NCBI GenBank assembly: GCA_049324495.1
Contig: JBMOOP010000110.1
Span: forward strand, 26,027-90,026
Direction: 5' to 3'
Length of the DNA stretch: 64,000 nucleotides
Source of the DNA: Pseudomonadota bacterium
Lineage (GTDB): Bacteria; Pseudomonadota; Gammaproteobacteria; Pseudomonadales; JADFDG01
The translations under genes and the position numbers were made by a program. Positions 9,433-20,209 of the stretch are shown here, one piece after another (the first letter of the stretch is position 1; the number at the start of each line of letters is the position of its first letter). The notes beneath the pieces are model-generated. The model was not told the origin of the DNA. It was given only the letters and a program-made list of their open reading frames with translations, and did no database searches.

Positions 9433-9801
9433 ATGGCGCGCATCCTGATCGTCGATGATTCGCCCACCGAGACCTACAAGTTTCGTGAAATTCTGGAGCG
9501 TAACGGACACCAGGTGCTGGAGGCGGGCAACGGCGCCGATGGCGTCGCGGTGGCGCGCCAGGAAAAGCCGGATGTGGTGCTGATGGATGTTGTCATGCCG
9601 GGCCTCAACGGCTTTCAGGCGACGCGGCAGCTCACCAAAGGTCCGGATACCGCGCACATTCCCGTGATTATCGTTACCACCAAGGATCAGGAAACCGATC
9701 GCGTCTGGGGCAAACGCCAGGGCGCTCGCGACTACCTGACCAAGCCGGTGGATGAAGCGATGTTGCTGGATGTGATCCGCCGTGCGCTGGCGGGCGTCTG
9801 A
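9433..9801 (+). CDS. pilH: CheY-like response regulator PilH
   Basis: Receiver domain (ILIVDDSPTE...VVLMDVVMPGLNGFQ...DYLTKP). Second gene of the pilG operon. Confidence 0.92.
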   Translation: MARILIVDDSPTETYKFREILERNGHQVLEAGNGADGVAVARQEKPDVVLMDVVMPGLNGFQATRQLTKGPDTAHIPVIIVTTKDQETDRVWGKRQGARDYLTKPVDEAMLLDVIRRALAGV

Positions 9802-9813
9802 CGGTGCGCAACG

Positions 9814-10359
9814 ATGGCTGATGCCCAGGGCGTTTTCACCAGGCTCGTCGCGTTGCAGCGGCTTTGTCGCGAGCATGCTGTTGGTCTGCCGCAGCAGGAT
9901 GACATCGTCGAGTACTGGAGTGGCATAGGCTTTACCATGGATGGCGTGAAATACGTTTCGCCCATTCCGGAAGTGTCGGAAATCCTGCATGTGCCGCGCT
10001 ATACGCGCGTGCCCGGTGTGTTGGGCTGGATGAAAGGCATTGCCAATGTGCGTGGCCGCCTGCTGCCAATCATGGATCTGATCGGTTATTTCAACCGCAA
10101 ATCCGGGCTTCAGGAAAAGAAACGTCGCCTGCTGGTGCTTGATCATGGCGATGTCTACTCGGGTCTGGTGGTTGATGATGTGATGGGTATGCAGCATTTC
10201 CCCGTCGATTCCTACGCGCGCGATTCCGGCGAGCGGGATCCGGTGATTTCGCCCTATACCGACGGCTCTTACGAGCGCGAGGACGGCACGTGGATCGTGT
10301 TCAGCCCACACCGCCTTGCCGAGGATCCACGATTCATGCAGGTTGCGCGCGCCGGCTGA
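9814..10359 (+). CDS. pilI: CheW-like coupling protein PilI
   Basis: CheW-domain pattern (GIANVRGRLLPIMDL...LLVLD...GLVVDDVMGM). Synteny. Confidence 0.88.
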   Translation: MADAQGVFTRLVALQRLCREHAVGLPQQDDIVEYWSGIGFTMDGVKYVSPIPEVSEILHVPRYTRVPGVLGWMKGIANVRGRLLPIMDLIGYFNRKSGLQEKKRRLLVLDHGDVYSGLVVDDVMGMQHFPVDSYARDSGERDPVISPYTDGSYEREDGTWIVFSPHRLAEDPRFMQVARAG

Positions 10360-10412
10360 TGCCGGTGCCGTGAAAACAACAAACGAAGAATGATGAGGCC
10401 GGGAGCCTACAT

Positions 10413-12521
10413 ATGAAGCAGGTTCAATTATCCCCGCTCGGCCAGTTCCGCCGCAGGTTTGCCCAGATCGGCGCCAGCGTCCGTGAATTGCTCGGCAGGG
10501 TGACGGGTAATTTCGGCGGAACTGCCGAGCAGGGCGCTGGCGCGCAGGTTGGCGGTCTGCGTGTGTACCTGGGTGTTGGCGGCGCGCTGTTGGTGGTGAT
10601 CGCGCTGGTCATCTTCGGTGTCGTGTACGTGCGATCTGCCGGCGTTACCGATGCAGTACAGGACGCGTCCGAGTTGCGCGTGCTGTCGCAGAACCTTGCG
10701 AAGAATGCCCTGGAGGCGGCTGCCGGCAACCCGGCTGCGTTCGGAGCGTTGGGCGAGGCGCGCGCGGAATTCGACGCCAAGTGGCAATCACTCAAGGACT
10801 CTTCCGCTGCGGCCAACATCGAAGAGATGAAGAAGCTTGAGGAGGTGTGGGCGCGTGTAGGCCCGGACACCGACACCATTCTCGCCGGTGAAGATACGGT
10901 GATCGACCTGCACGACGTGGCCAAAACGCTTGCCGAAACGATCCCGAAGTTACAGGCCGAGTACGAGACGGTGGTCGATACGCTGGTGGAGGCGGAGGCG
11001 TCGGCCGATCAGGTCGCCATCGCCCAGCGCCAGAGTTGGCTGGCTGAGCGCATTGTCCGCTCGATCGCGAAGGTGCTTGAGGGTGGCGCGGGCGCCGTGG
11101 TGGCCGCCGATGCCTTCGGTCGCGATGCCAATCTTTTCGATCGCGTCCTGAAGGGCATGATCAACGGTGACAGGGCTCTCGAGATTGAGAAGGTAACTGA
11201 CGAGGACGCCATCGACGCTCTCTCCGAAATTTCCGATCTGTTTAGCGAGTACGTGCAGGGTTCGGTCGATGAGATTCTCGAGACTTCGCCGGAATTGTTC
11301 CGGGTGCGTGATGCGGCCGGCAAGATCTATACCGAATCGCAGGCGCTGCTCGACTCCGCCACAATCGTCTCCCAGGAGACCGCCGACAAACAGGCCGGCG
11401 GTATCTGGGTGTACGTGGGCACATTCTGTGCGGTATCCGGTCTTGCGCTGTTCGTGGTCCTGTTTTTCAGGCAGCGCGGCGAAGACCGCGACCGTCGTGA
11501 GTCGGTTGAAACGGAAAACCAGCGCAACCAGCAGGCCATTTTGCGACTGCTCGACGAGCTTGGCGACCTTGCCGACGGTGACCTTACCGTTGCTGCGACG
11601 GTATCCGAAGATTTTACCGGCGCAATCGCCGACTCGATCAACTTCGCTATCGACCAGCTGCGCAGTCTGGTATCCACCATCAACCAGACAGCCCTGCAGG
11701 TGTCATCTGCAGCCCAGGAAACGCAGTCCACCGCCATGCATCTGGCCGAAGCGGCTGAGCATCAGGCGCAGGAGATCGCCGGCGCCTCTGCCGCCATCAA
11801 CGAAATGGCGGTATCCATTGACCAGGTGTCCGCGAACGCATCCGAATCGGCTGCGGTAGCAGAACGTTCGGTAGCGATCGCCAACAAGGGTGCCGAAGTC
11901 GTACAGGCAACGATTCGCGGCATGGACACCATCCGCGAGCAGATTCAGGAGACTTCGAAGCGGATTAAGCGACTTGGTGAATCGTCGCAGGAGATCGGTG
12001 ACATCGTCTCGCTGATTACCGACATTGCCGATCAGACCAACATTCTTGCTCTGAACGCGGCGATTCAGGCGTCGATGGCCGGCGATGCGGGCCGCGGCTT
12101 CGCGGTCGTAGCCGACGAAGTACAGCGTCTTGCCGAGCGCTCGTCTGCTGCTGCAAAGCAGATCGAAACGCTGGTTAAAACAATTCAGACCGACACCAAC
12201 GAAGCTGTTATCTCCATGGAGCAAACGACTTCGGAAGTAGTACGCGGTGCGCGTCTCGCGCAGGACGCAGGTGTCGCGCTTGAAGAGATTGAGAGCGTAT
12301 CGGAAACGCTTGCCGAGCTGATTCAGAATATTTCGAACGCTGCGCGCCAGCAGGCGGCTTCAGCCGGCCATATCTCCAACACGATGAACGTCATTCAGGA
12401 GATCACGTCACAAACCTCTGCCGGTACAACAGCTACTGCGAAGTCAATCGGCAATCTTGCCGAGATGGCGGCCGAACTGCGTAATTCGGTGGCCGGCTTC
12501 AAGCTACCGGAATACATGTAA
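10413..12521 (+). CDS. pilJ: methyl-accepting chemotaxis protein PilJ
   Basis: Two TM segments. Conserved MCP signalling hairpin ([40 protein letters not shown]). Synteny. Confidence 0.93.
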   Translation: MKQVQLSPLGQFRRRFAQIGASVRELLGRVTGNFGGTAEQGAGAQVGGLRVYLGVGGALLVVIALVIFGVVYVRSAGVTDAVQDASELRVLSQNLAKNALEAAAGNPAAFGALGEARAEFDAKWQSLKDSSAAANIEEMKKLEEVWARVGPDTDTILAGEDTVIDLHDVAKTLAETIPKLQAEYETVVDTLVEAEASADQVAIAQRQSWLAERIVRSIAKVLEGGAGAVVAADAFGRDANLFDRVLKGMINGDRALEIEKVTDEDAIDALSEISDLFSEYVQGSVDEILETSPELFRVRDAAGKIYTESQALLDSATIVSQETADKQAGGIWVYVGTFCAVSGLALFVVLFFRQRGEDRDRRESVETENQRNQQAILRLLDELGDLADGDLTVAATVSEDFTGAIADSINFAIDQLRSLVSTINQTALQVSSAAQETQSTAMHLAEAAEHQAQEIAGASAAINEMAVSIDQVSANASESAAVAERSVAIANKGAEVVQATIRGMDTIREQIQETSKRIKRLGESSQEIGDIVSLITDIADQTNILALNAAIQASMAGDAGRGFAVVADEVQRLAERSSAAAKQIETLVKTIQTDTNEAVISMEQTTSEVVRGARLAQDAGVALEEIESVSETLAELIQNISNAARQQAASAGHISNTMNVIQEITSQTSAGTTATAKSIGNLAEMAAELRNSVAGFKLPEYM

Positions 12522-12570
12522 TGCCGACGACGCATGACGTTGCCGATTGACAAGAGAGTGGTGACGCGCT

Positions 12571-13437
12571 GTGGCCCAGCATTGGTCGATGCGCAATCTG
12601 CCGGAAATGGACGGCGAACAGTTCCGTCTGTGGCAGGCGTTGCTTGAAGATCGCACCGGCATGGCGCTCGCGGTCGAACGCAAGAGTTTTCTGGAGGCCA
12701 GTCTCGCCATCCGTACGCGCGAGCTTGGCCTGCAGACATACGAGGCGTATTACGAGCAACTCGTAAACCGCTCGCCGGCCGACTCCGTCATGGAGTGGTC
12801 GATTCTGATCGACCGGTTGACGATCCAGGAAACGAGTTTTTTCCGGCATCGCAGCTCTTACGAACTCGTTGAGAAATATGTCCGCGACCGTGTTGTTACA
12901 GGCAAAGCGCCGAAGAATTTCAATGTCTGGTCGGTTGGCTGTTCCTCCGGAGAGGAGCCGTACTCGCTGGCCATACTTCTCACCGAAATGTTTGCCACGC
13001 TCAACGTCGTGCCGTACTGGGGCATCACCGCCACCGATATCAGTCTGCCGGTGCTGGCCAAGGCGCGTCGGGGTGTCTACGGTGCCCGCAAGGTGGATCT
13101 GCTTGATGCGGCGCTCAAAGAGCGCTATTTCCGGAAAATAAGCGACCGGGAATACGAGATATCCGCCGAGCTGAAGACACGCATCTGTTTTGCGCGTGTT
13201 AACGTGCTGGAGTTGGATAAGGTGCCGTTTCAGGATATCGACCTGATTTACTGCCAGAACATGCTGATTTACTTCCGCCGCTGGCGTAAGCGCGAGATTG
13301 TCACTCGCCTCGCCGACCGGCTGGCCCCGGGCGGACTGCTGGTCCTCGGTCTTGGTGAAGTGGTCGATTGGCAGCACCCGAACATGGACAGGGTCCGGTT
13401 CGATGACTCCCTGGCATTCATGCGGCGCGCGCACTGA
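12571..13437 (+). CDS. pilK: CheR-type protein-glutamate methyltransferase PilK
   Basis: CheR motifs (TSFFRH, VWSVGCSSGEEPYSLA, DLIYCQNMLIYF). Start is GTG 12571 or ATG 12589. Confidence 0.88.
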   Translation: MAQHWSMRNLPEMDGEQFRLWQALLEDRTGMALAVERKSFLEASLAIRTRELGLQTYEAYYEQLVNRSPADSVMEWSILIDRLTIQETSFFRHRSSYELVEKYVRDRVVTGKAPKNFNVWSVGCSSGEEPYSLAILLTEMFATLNVVPYWGITATDISLPVLAKARRGVYGARKVDLLDAALKERYFRKISDREYEISAELKTRICFARVNVLELDKVPFQDIDLIYCQNMLIYFRRWRKREIVTRLADRLAPGGLLVLGLGEVVDWQHPNMDRVRFDDSLAFMRRAH

Positions 13438-13501
13438 AGATGCTGTGCCAGAGTGGGTGTCTTGAACGCAGGTATCCCGGTCGGAAAATAGAGACGCAGT
13501 G

Positions 13502-16500
13502 ATGGCTGAGACGCACGATTTCCTCGCGCTCGACTGGGTCAAGGGAGAGATCGAGGAAACCCTGAAGCAGGCACAACAGGCTCTGGAGGCTCACGTTGAG
13601 AATCCGGAGGATCAGACGCGCCTGCGATTCTGTCTGACCTATCTGCATCAGGTGTACGGCACGCTGCAGATGGTCGAGTTCTACGGCGCTGCGTTGCTGG
13701 CCGAAGAAATGGAGAAGCTCACCCAGGCACTGTTGAGCGGAAAAGTGCCGCGTGTGGCTGATGCCCAGGAAACGCTGATGCGCGGTATGCTCCAGCTGCC
13801 TGCGTATCTCGATCGCATCAAGGCCAGCCGGCGCGACATGCCGGTCGTATTATTGCCGCTGCTTAATGATCTGCGTGCCGCGCGCGGCGAAAAATTCCTC
13901 TCCGAGGGCTCGCTGTTCAAGCCAGACATGACGGGCTCCGGCGGCGATGGCGAGGTGCTCGTCGCCGTGGCTGCAGATCCGAATCTCGCCGAGTTGTTGC
14001 GCAAGATTCGGCAGATGTTCCAGATCGCGCTGGTCGGATTCATTCGTGGCGAGAATCTGCCGACCAATATCGGCCATATGGCCAAGGTTTCGGCGAAGCT
14101 GGTAAAGGTTGCCGGAGACTCCGCGATCGCACCGCTGTGGAAAGTCACCGGCGCCATTGCCGAAGGGCTCGCCAGCGCATCGATAGAAGGCAGCACCGCG
14201 ATCAAACTCCTGCTTGGTCAGGTTGATCGACAGATCAAGTTGCTGGTCGAGCAAGGTGCGCCGGGCTTTGCGCAGAAGCCTGCTCCGGATCTGTTCAAGA
14301 ATCTTCTCTTTTATGTTGCGCGCAGTGAAGCCGATTCGCCGTTGATTGCGCAGGTGCGCAAGATATACAAGCTGGATGAGGCGTTGCCATCGGATGAGAC
14401 AATCGATGCGGAACGCTTGAAGCTTGCCGGGCCTGACCGGCAGACGATGACGACTGTTGCGCGGGCAATTTCTGAAGAACTGGCACGCGTCAAGGAAGCG
14501 CTGGACATCTTCATGCGCGGTGGCCCGCAGAGCAAGGTTACGGACCTTTCCCCGCATATCGGCACGCTCAAGCAGATTGCCGACACTATCGCCATGCTGG
14601 GTCTTGGTCAGCAACGCAAGCTGGTGCAGGAACAACACGACATCCTTGAGCAGATCGTCAAGGACGGCAAGCTGGAGAATCCCGCTCTGTTGATGGATGT
14701 CGCTGGCGCCCTGCTTTATGTTGAAGCGACGCTGTCTGGCGGGGACGGCCGGCCGCAGGCGCGGGTGCCGGCGACACCGCAGGACGCTCTTGCCCAGGAT
14801 GGGCTTGCGAAAGCGCGTGAGGCAGTCGTGCGCGAATGCCGTGCCGGTCTTGAATTCACCAAAGACAAGATCGTCGAGTACATTGCGTCGCAATGGGATC
14901 GGGTTCATATCCAGGATGTCCCGGACACGCTGGTCATGGTGCGCGGCGGCCTGCAGATGATTGGGCTGGATCGTGCCGCAATGGTGCTCGTGCAGGCGGC
15001 GAATTTTTTCCGAGCGGAATTGCTTGGCGAAGATGCACAGCCGGACTGGAAGCGTATGGACACGCTTGCCGACGCCATCAGTTCGGTCGAGTATTTTCTT
15101 GAGCGGATCATCGAAGATCCGGAAAGTGGCGATCATATTCTCGAAATTGCAGAAAAATCCGCCGCAGATCTCGGCTACCCGGTATCTGACGTTTCAAAAC
15201 CAATCATGGAGTTCGACATACCTGCTGTTGTCATGAAGCAGGAGCCGGATGCGTTTGCTCCTGATGCCGATGAGGAGATCGAGGCGCACGCGAAATATGA
15301 GATACCAGCCGTCATTTTCAGCAATGAGTTGAGCGACGAGCTGGTTGCCGAGCCGACGCTCGATGTACCAATGACGGCAGCCGAGGAAGGCAAAACCTCG
15401 TTCGCCGACGAGGAATCGCCGCTGATTGATGAAGACATGCTGGCGCTTGCAGACTTGATGGATGAGAGCTCGGCTCCAGGCGAGCATGCGAACGAGATTC
15501 CAGCTGAGGAGATTGTTGCGACAGATATTCTTCCGGTTGCCGATCAGGGGATTGAGGATGCCTCTGTCGATGCCGAAATCGTCGAAATTTTCGTCGAGGA
15601 AATCGGCGAAGTTATGGAGAATTTTGACGAGTACTTTCCGCAGTGGGTTGCCAATCAGCAGGATGAGGTGTCGCTCAAGGAGTTTCGCCGCGCTTTCCAC
15701 ACGCTCAAGGGTAGCGGTCGGATGGTTGGCGCGAAATATGTCGGTGAATTGGCGTGGGCAGTCGAAAACATGCTCAACCGTGTTATCGACAAGACAATTC
15801 TGCCAACACCGGTGATGGTCGAGCTGATCCGCACGGTCAAGGGAATTGTCCCCGACCTGGTCGATGCCTTTGCGCAACGGCGCAAGCCGCCGTACGCTGT
15901 TGAGGCGCTGATGGCGTGCGCAAGCGCATTTGCGCGCGGCGAGAGTCCGGATTTCGTACCATCGCTTGCTCAGCATGACGCCCTGCTGGCAGCAGAAGGT
16001 GCTCCGGATACAGAAATTGCAGTAGCCGACTCCTTGTTGGCGATATCGACCGAAGAAGATGTATTTGCGCCGTCGTCACTTGCCGGGGAGGATGTTCCCG
16101 CGCCTGAGGATGAGGTGAAGGCCGAATACGACATGGCGTTGATGGAGGTGTTCTCCGGCGAGGCCGAGCAGCACATCGCCACGCTAGACGCATATCTGGC
16201 AAGCCTCGATCCGGATGTTGCATATCATCCGATTACAGACGAGTTGCTGCGCGCATTGCATACGCTCAAGGGCAGTGCGCGCATGGCTGGCATCATGCCG
16301 GTTGCCGAGGTGGCCGGGCCTACCGAGAAATTCTGCAAGGAATTGCGCAACAACGGCGAACTTGCCGACGCCGACGTGATTGCGCTGGTGCGCGAGGCGA
16401 CGAACCTTGTGCGGCTGCGGGTGAGATACTTGTTGCCGGATCCGTACGCGCCGATTCCCGGTGCCCAATCCTATCTTGAGATGCTGTTCGCGATTCAGGA

Positions 16501-19500
16501 TGCGCGGCATGCGCCGCGCGCAGCCACTGTTTCGGTTGAGGCGCCGGCAAAGCATGCCGTGCAGCCGCGGCCCGGCATGATCAACGCGTTGCTTGCCGAG
16601 GGCATTGAACATGTGCTCGATGGCGGCGATTACGCCGCGCAATGGTCGCAGCAGGGTGTGGTTGGGCAGGATCTTGATGCGCTGCGCGAGCAGTTGCGAC
16701 GCTTGCACAATACCGCCACGAGCGGCGGTATTGTGCCCATTGCGGATATTGCCCGGCGACTTAGTCGAGTTTATGACGCGATTCATGAAAGTCACCTGAT
16801 GCTCGCCAATAATGTGCTGGATGCCCTGCAGCAGGGGCATGAGGCGATTATTGGAATGATGGACTGCATGGCTGCGCACCAGAGCATCTGGCCGGCGACA
16901 GAAGTCGAGCAGTTGCTTGATGCTGTTACTGCGGGTTTGCCGAGTGATGGTTCATACGGTGATCAGGCGCTGTCCGGGAATACGCCGACAGGCATATCGA
17001 CGGATACGGAACAAGTATCTTCGTATGACGAAGAAGAGGTGTTGTTCTCTGCTGACGAGTTTGCAGTTTCCGAAGCGGAGGTGATTGCAGCCACGGGGAC
17101 GGTCGAGCCGGAAGATGCATTCGACGATGTCGAGCTGTCTGCCGACGATGTGAGTCTCTCAGAGGAGGAAGTGCTCCGGCTGACCGGCAGTGTCGAGCCG
17201 TCGATCCCGGCGCCAGAGGGCGCGCTGACTGAGAACATCGTGGCGGGTGGCGGTGAGGGCCCGATCAACGTGCCGGAGCGTGATCCGGAGCTGGTCGAAA
17301 TTTTTCTGGAGGAAGCCGGCGAGCTTGTCGAGAGTTCGGGCGAATCCTTGTCGATATGGCTGCGCAATGCCGACAATCTGATTGAAGTCCAGAAACTTCA
17401 ACGCGACCTGCATACGCTCAAGGGCGGTGCACGGATGGCGGAAATTGCGGAACTGGGCGATCTGGCACACGAACTTGAAAACCTGTACGAAGGCCTCAGC
17501 CAGGGCACGCTGCCTGTGCGGCCGGTGCTGTTCGAATTGCTCAATCGCTGCCATGACCGTATTGCGGATATGGTGGACGATATTCGTAGCAAGGGCTGGT
17601 GCAAGGACGGCAGACAATTGATTGCGCAGATTCATGCGTATATCAAGAATCCGGAACAGTTCAGCATGGATGCTCTGGCGGCGCCACTCAAGGTGGCAAC
17701 CGTACCCGTGCCGGTAACGGAAGGGCAGGCTTCTGCTGCGAGCGAAGTGCCACGCATGATTCTCCCGGCAGCGCGACCTGCGGAAGAAAGTGAGCCGGTC
17801 GTCGATGCCGACATTCTGGAGATATTCCTTGAGGAAGCCGAGGATCTCACGGCACAACTCGATGCGGCGATAAGTGGTTGGCAATCAGAACCGGGCAATA
17901 GCGCGCATGCCGACCAGATCAAGCGAGTTTTGCACACGCTGAAGGGCGGTGCGCGGCTCGCTGGTCTTAAGCGTCTTGGTGATGTCAGCCACGAATTCGA
18001 GACGCGGGTGATCGACCTTGTTCCGCGGGCACCGGACGCGGCATTCTTCGCTGCAATCGTGGCGTATCACGACAATATTTCTGCGCAGGTCGAACGCATT
18101 CGTGCCGGCGGCGCTGCCGCAGCAGCGACCAATGCTGCTAGTACCACCGCGAAAGCGGCGGAGGTACCCGTTGTATCGGCCCCTGCTGCGTTGCCGCCGG
18201 AACAGTCGGCTGCAGAGCCGGCCACCGGCCTTGTTCCACATGACCGCAAGGAAGATAAGGATGAGGATCGCCGCGGGCCGGTGCAAACGGCAGTGCGGCA
18301 GGCGCAGCCGCAGGAAATGGTCAAGGTGCCGTCAGATTTGCTGGAGAAACTCGTTAACCTCGCGGGTGAAACCTCCATCAACCGCAGCCGTATCGAAACG
18401 CAGGTGACCGATTTCCGCTACACGCTGGGCGAAATGGGGTCGACAATCTCGCGGCTTGCCGCGCAGTTGCGTCGTCTCGATGCGGAAGCAGATTCGCAGG
18501 TCAAGGCGAACTGGGAGAAGGGTGTTGCCGAAGGTAAATACTCAGGCGAGTTCGATCCACTGGAGATGGATCAGTACTCTGCGCTGCATCAGCTGACCAA
18601 ACAGTTGTTCGAATCGGCATCTGACCTGCTCGACATTCGTGACACGCTGACCAGCAAGTCGCGTGATACCGAAACGCTGTTGCTGCAGCAGTCGCGCGTC
18701 AATACCGAGCTGCAGGAAGGCCTGATGCGCTCGCGCATGGTGCCCTTCTCGCGGCTGATCCCGCGCTTGCGCCGCATTGTCCGCCAGGTGTCCGGTGAAC
18801 TGAAGAAGCAAGTCGATATTGACTTCATCAATCCGGAAGGCGAGATGGATCGAGCGTTGCTCGAGCGTATCGTCGCGCCGCTTGAGCACATGCTACGCAA
18901 TGCCTGCGACCATGGCGTGGAGAGTCCGCAGGTGCGCATTGCCGCCGGCAAGCCGGCGATGGGTCGTATTCGCCTTGCGCTGACGCGTGAGGGTGGTGAG
19001 GTCGTGCTGAGTATTTCCGACGATGGCAATGGCATCAATGTCGACGCCGTGCGCAAGAAAGCGATGGAGCGCGGCTTGATGGATGCGACTTCCGAGTTGT
19101 CCGATCAGGAGGTGATGCAGTTCATCCTTGAGGCCGGATTCTCTACTGCCGAGAAAGTGACGCAGATTTCTGGGCGCGGTGTCGGTATGGACGTCGTGTC
19201 CAGTGAGATCAGGCAGATGGGCGGGGTATTGACGATCCGTTCTGAAGTCAATCAGGGCACGACTTTCGAGATTCGCCTGCCATTCACTGTGTCGGTGAAT
19301 CGTGCGCTGATGGTGCGCATTGGCGAGGAGCAGTTCGCGATCCCTCTGGTGCAGATCGAGGGTATCGTGCGCGTGTCGCCCTACGAACTTGAAGCCTATT
19401 ACCAGCCGAACGCGCCGGCTTTCGAATATGCCGGGGAGTCATATCGCCTTGATTATCTCGGCGGTTTTGTGCACGGCGTTGCTGCGCCGGATCTGCGTGG

Positions 19501-20194
19501 CGCGGCAATGCCGTTGCCGGTGTTGCTGGTGCGCGGTTCCGAACACACTGTTGCCGTGCAGGTCGACCAGTTGATCGGTTCGCGCGAAGTGGTGGTGAAA
19601 GCGGTTGGGCCGCAGTTGTCCACGGTGGCCGGCATTTCCGGCGCAACGATCCTCGGCGATGGCCGGGTGGTGATCATTCTCGATTTGTTGTCGCTGATTC
19701 GTGCTGCGCACCTGCAGCATGAGATGGCGCTTGCTACACAGCGCCGCCTTGTGATGCGGCGTGGCGAGGCAACGGGTGTTGGCGGTCTGGCTACAGCCGT
19801 ACGCGAAACGCCACTCATCATGGTGACAGACGACTCGGTGACGGTGCGCAAGGTCACGGGCCGTTTCCTTGAGCGCCAGGGGTTTGAGGTTATTACCGCG
19901 AAAGATGGTATGGACGCAGTTGCGCAACTTGCCGATATCAAGCCGGATATCATGCTGCTCGATATCGAGATGCCGCGCATGGACGGTTTCGAGGTGGCAT
20001 CACACTGCCGCCACGACAGCCGCCTCAAGGATTTGCCGATCATCATGATTACGTCACGCACCGGTGAGAAGCACCGTGAGCGTGCGATGGAGCTCGGGGT
20101 CAATGCCTATCTTGGTAAGCCCTTCCAGGAAAACGAATTGCTGGCGAAGATCCAGGAATTGTTGGCGGAGCGGCGCGCGCAAGCGTCGCCCTGA
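13502..20194 (+). CDS. chpA: hybrid histidine kinase ChpA (multi-Hpt, HATPase, CheW-like, C-terminal receiver)
   Basis: Four canonical H-T-L-K-G Hpt motifs (His codons at 15698, 16259, 17411, 17933) plus degenerate Hpt-like helices. G1/G2 boxes DDGNGI / GRGVGMD. Receiver LIMVTDDS...IMLLDIEMPRMDGFE. Confidence 0.93.
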   Translation: MAETHDFLALDWVKGEIEETLKQAQQALEAHVENPEDQTRLRFCLTYLHQVYGTLQMVEFYGAALLAEEMEKLTQALLSGKVPRVADAQETLMRGMLQLPAYLDRIKASRRDMPVVLLPLLNDLRAARGEKFLSEGSLFKPDMTGSGGDGEVLVAVAADPNLAELLRKIRQMFQIALVGFIRGENLPTNIGHMAKVSAKLVKVAGDSAIAPLWKVTGAIAEGLASASIEGSTAIKLLLGQVDRQIKLLVEQGAPGFAQKPAPDLFKNLLFYVARSEADSPLIAQVRKIYKLDEALPSDETIDAERLKLAGPDRQTMTTVARAISEELARVKEALDIFMRGGPQSKVTDLSPHIGTLKQIADTIAMLGLGQQRKLVQEQHDILEQIVKDGKLENPALLMDVAGALLYVEATLSGGDGRPQARVPATPQDALAQDGLAKAREAVVRECRAGLEFTKDKIVEYIASQWDRVHIQDVPDTLVMVRGGLQMIGLDRAAMVLVQAANFFRAELLGEDAQPDWKRMDTLADAISSVEYFLERIIEDPESGDHILEIAEKSAADLGYPVSDVSKPIMEFDIPAVVMKQEPDAFAPDADEEIEAHAKYEIPAVIFSNELSDELVAEPTLDVPMTAAEEGKTSFADEESPLIDEDMLALADLMDESSAPGEHANEIPAEEIVATDILPVADQGIEDASVDAEIVEIFVEEIGEVMENFDEYFPQWVANQQDEVSLKEFRRAFHTLKGSGRMVGAKYVGELAWAVENMLNRVIDKTILPTPVMVELIRTVKGIVPDLVDAFAQRRKPPYAVEALMACASAFARGESPDFVPSLAQHDALLAAEGAPDTEIAVADSLLAISTEEDVFAPSSLAGEDVPAPEDEVKAEYDMALMEVFSGEAEQHIATLDAYLASLDPDVAYHPITDELLRALHTLKGSARMAGIMPVAEVAGPTEKFCKELRNNGELADADVIALVREATNLVRLRVRYLLPDPYAPIPGAQSYLEMLFAIQDARHAPRAATVSVEAPAKHAVQPRPGMINALLAEGIEHVLDGGDYAAQWSQQGVVGQDLDALREQLRRLHNTATSGGIVPIADIARRLSRVYDAIHESHLMLANNVLDALQQGHEAIIGMMDCMAAHQSIWPATEVEQLLDAVTAGLPSDGSYGDQALSGNTPTGISTDTEQVSSYDEEEVLFSADEFAVSEAEVIAATGTVEPEDAFDDVELSADDVSLSEEEVLRLTGSVEPSIPAPEGALTENIVAGGGEGPINVPERDPELVEIFLEEAGELVESSGESLSIWLRNADNLIEVQKLQRDLHTLKGGARMAEIAELGDLAHELENLYEGLSQGTLPVRPVLFELLNRCHDRIADMVDDIRSKGWCKDGRQLIAQIHAYIKNPEQFSMDALAAPLKVATVPVPVTEGQASAASEVPRMILPAARPAEESEPVVDADILEIFLEEAEDLTAQLDAAISGWQSEPGNSAHADQIKRVLHTLKGGARLAGLKRLGDVSHEFETRVIDLVPRAPDAAFFAAIVAYHDNISAQVERIRAGGAAAAATNAASTTAKAAEVPVVSAPAALPPEQSAAEPATGLVPHDRKEDKDEDRRGPVQTAVRQAQPQEMVKVPSDLLEKLVNLAGETSINRSRIETQVTDFRYTLGEMGSTISRLAAQLRRLDAEADSQVKANWEKGVAEGKYSGEFDPLEMDQYSALHQLTKQLFESASDLLDIRDTLTSKSRDTETLLLQQSRVNTELQEGLMRSRMVPFSRLIPRLRRIVRQVSGELKKQVDIDFINPEGEMDRALLERIVAPLEHMLRNACDHGVESPQVRIAAGKPAMGRIRLALTREGGEVVLSISDDGNGINVDAVRKKAMERGLMDATSELSDQEVMQFILEAGFSTAEKVTQISGRGVGMDVVSSEIRQMGGVLTIRSEVNQGTTFEIRLPFTVSVNRALMVRIGEEQFAIPLVQIEGIVRVSPYELEAYYQPNAPAFEYAGESYRLDYLGGFVHGVAAPDLRGAAMPLPVLLVRGSEHTVAVQVDQLIGSREVVVKAVGPQLSTVAGISGATILGDGRVVIILDLLSLIRAAHLQHEMALATQRRLVMRRGEATGVGGLATAVRETPLIMVTDDSVTVRKVTGRFLERQGFEVITAKDGMDAVAQLADIKPDIMLLDIEMPRMDGFEVASHCRHDSRLKDLPIIMITSRTGEKHRERAMELGVNAYLGKPFQENELLAKIQELLAERRAQASP

Positions 20195-20209
20195 GGGTTG
20201 GCTCGCAGT

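Noticed and set aside
13850-15136. 428-aa ORF antisense to chpA
   Set aside because: The opposite strand encodes a recognisable ChpA with Hpt motifs. The antisense product is Arg/Gln/Leu-rich with no motif, a typical GC-rich shadow ORF.
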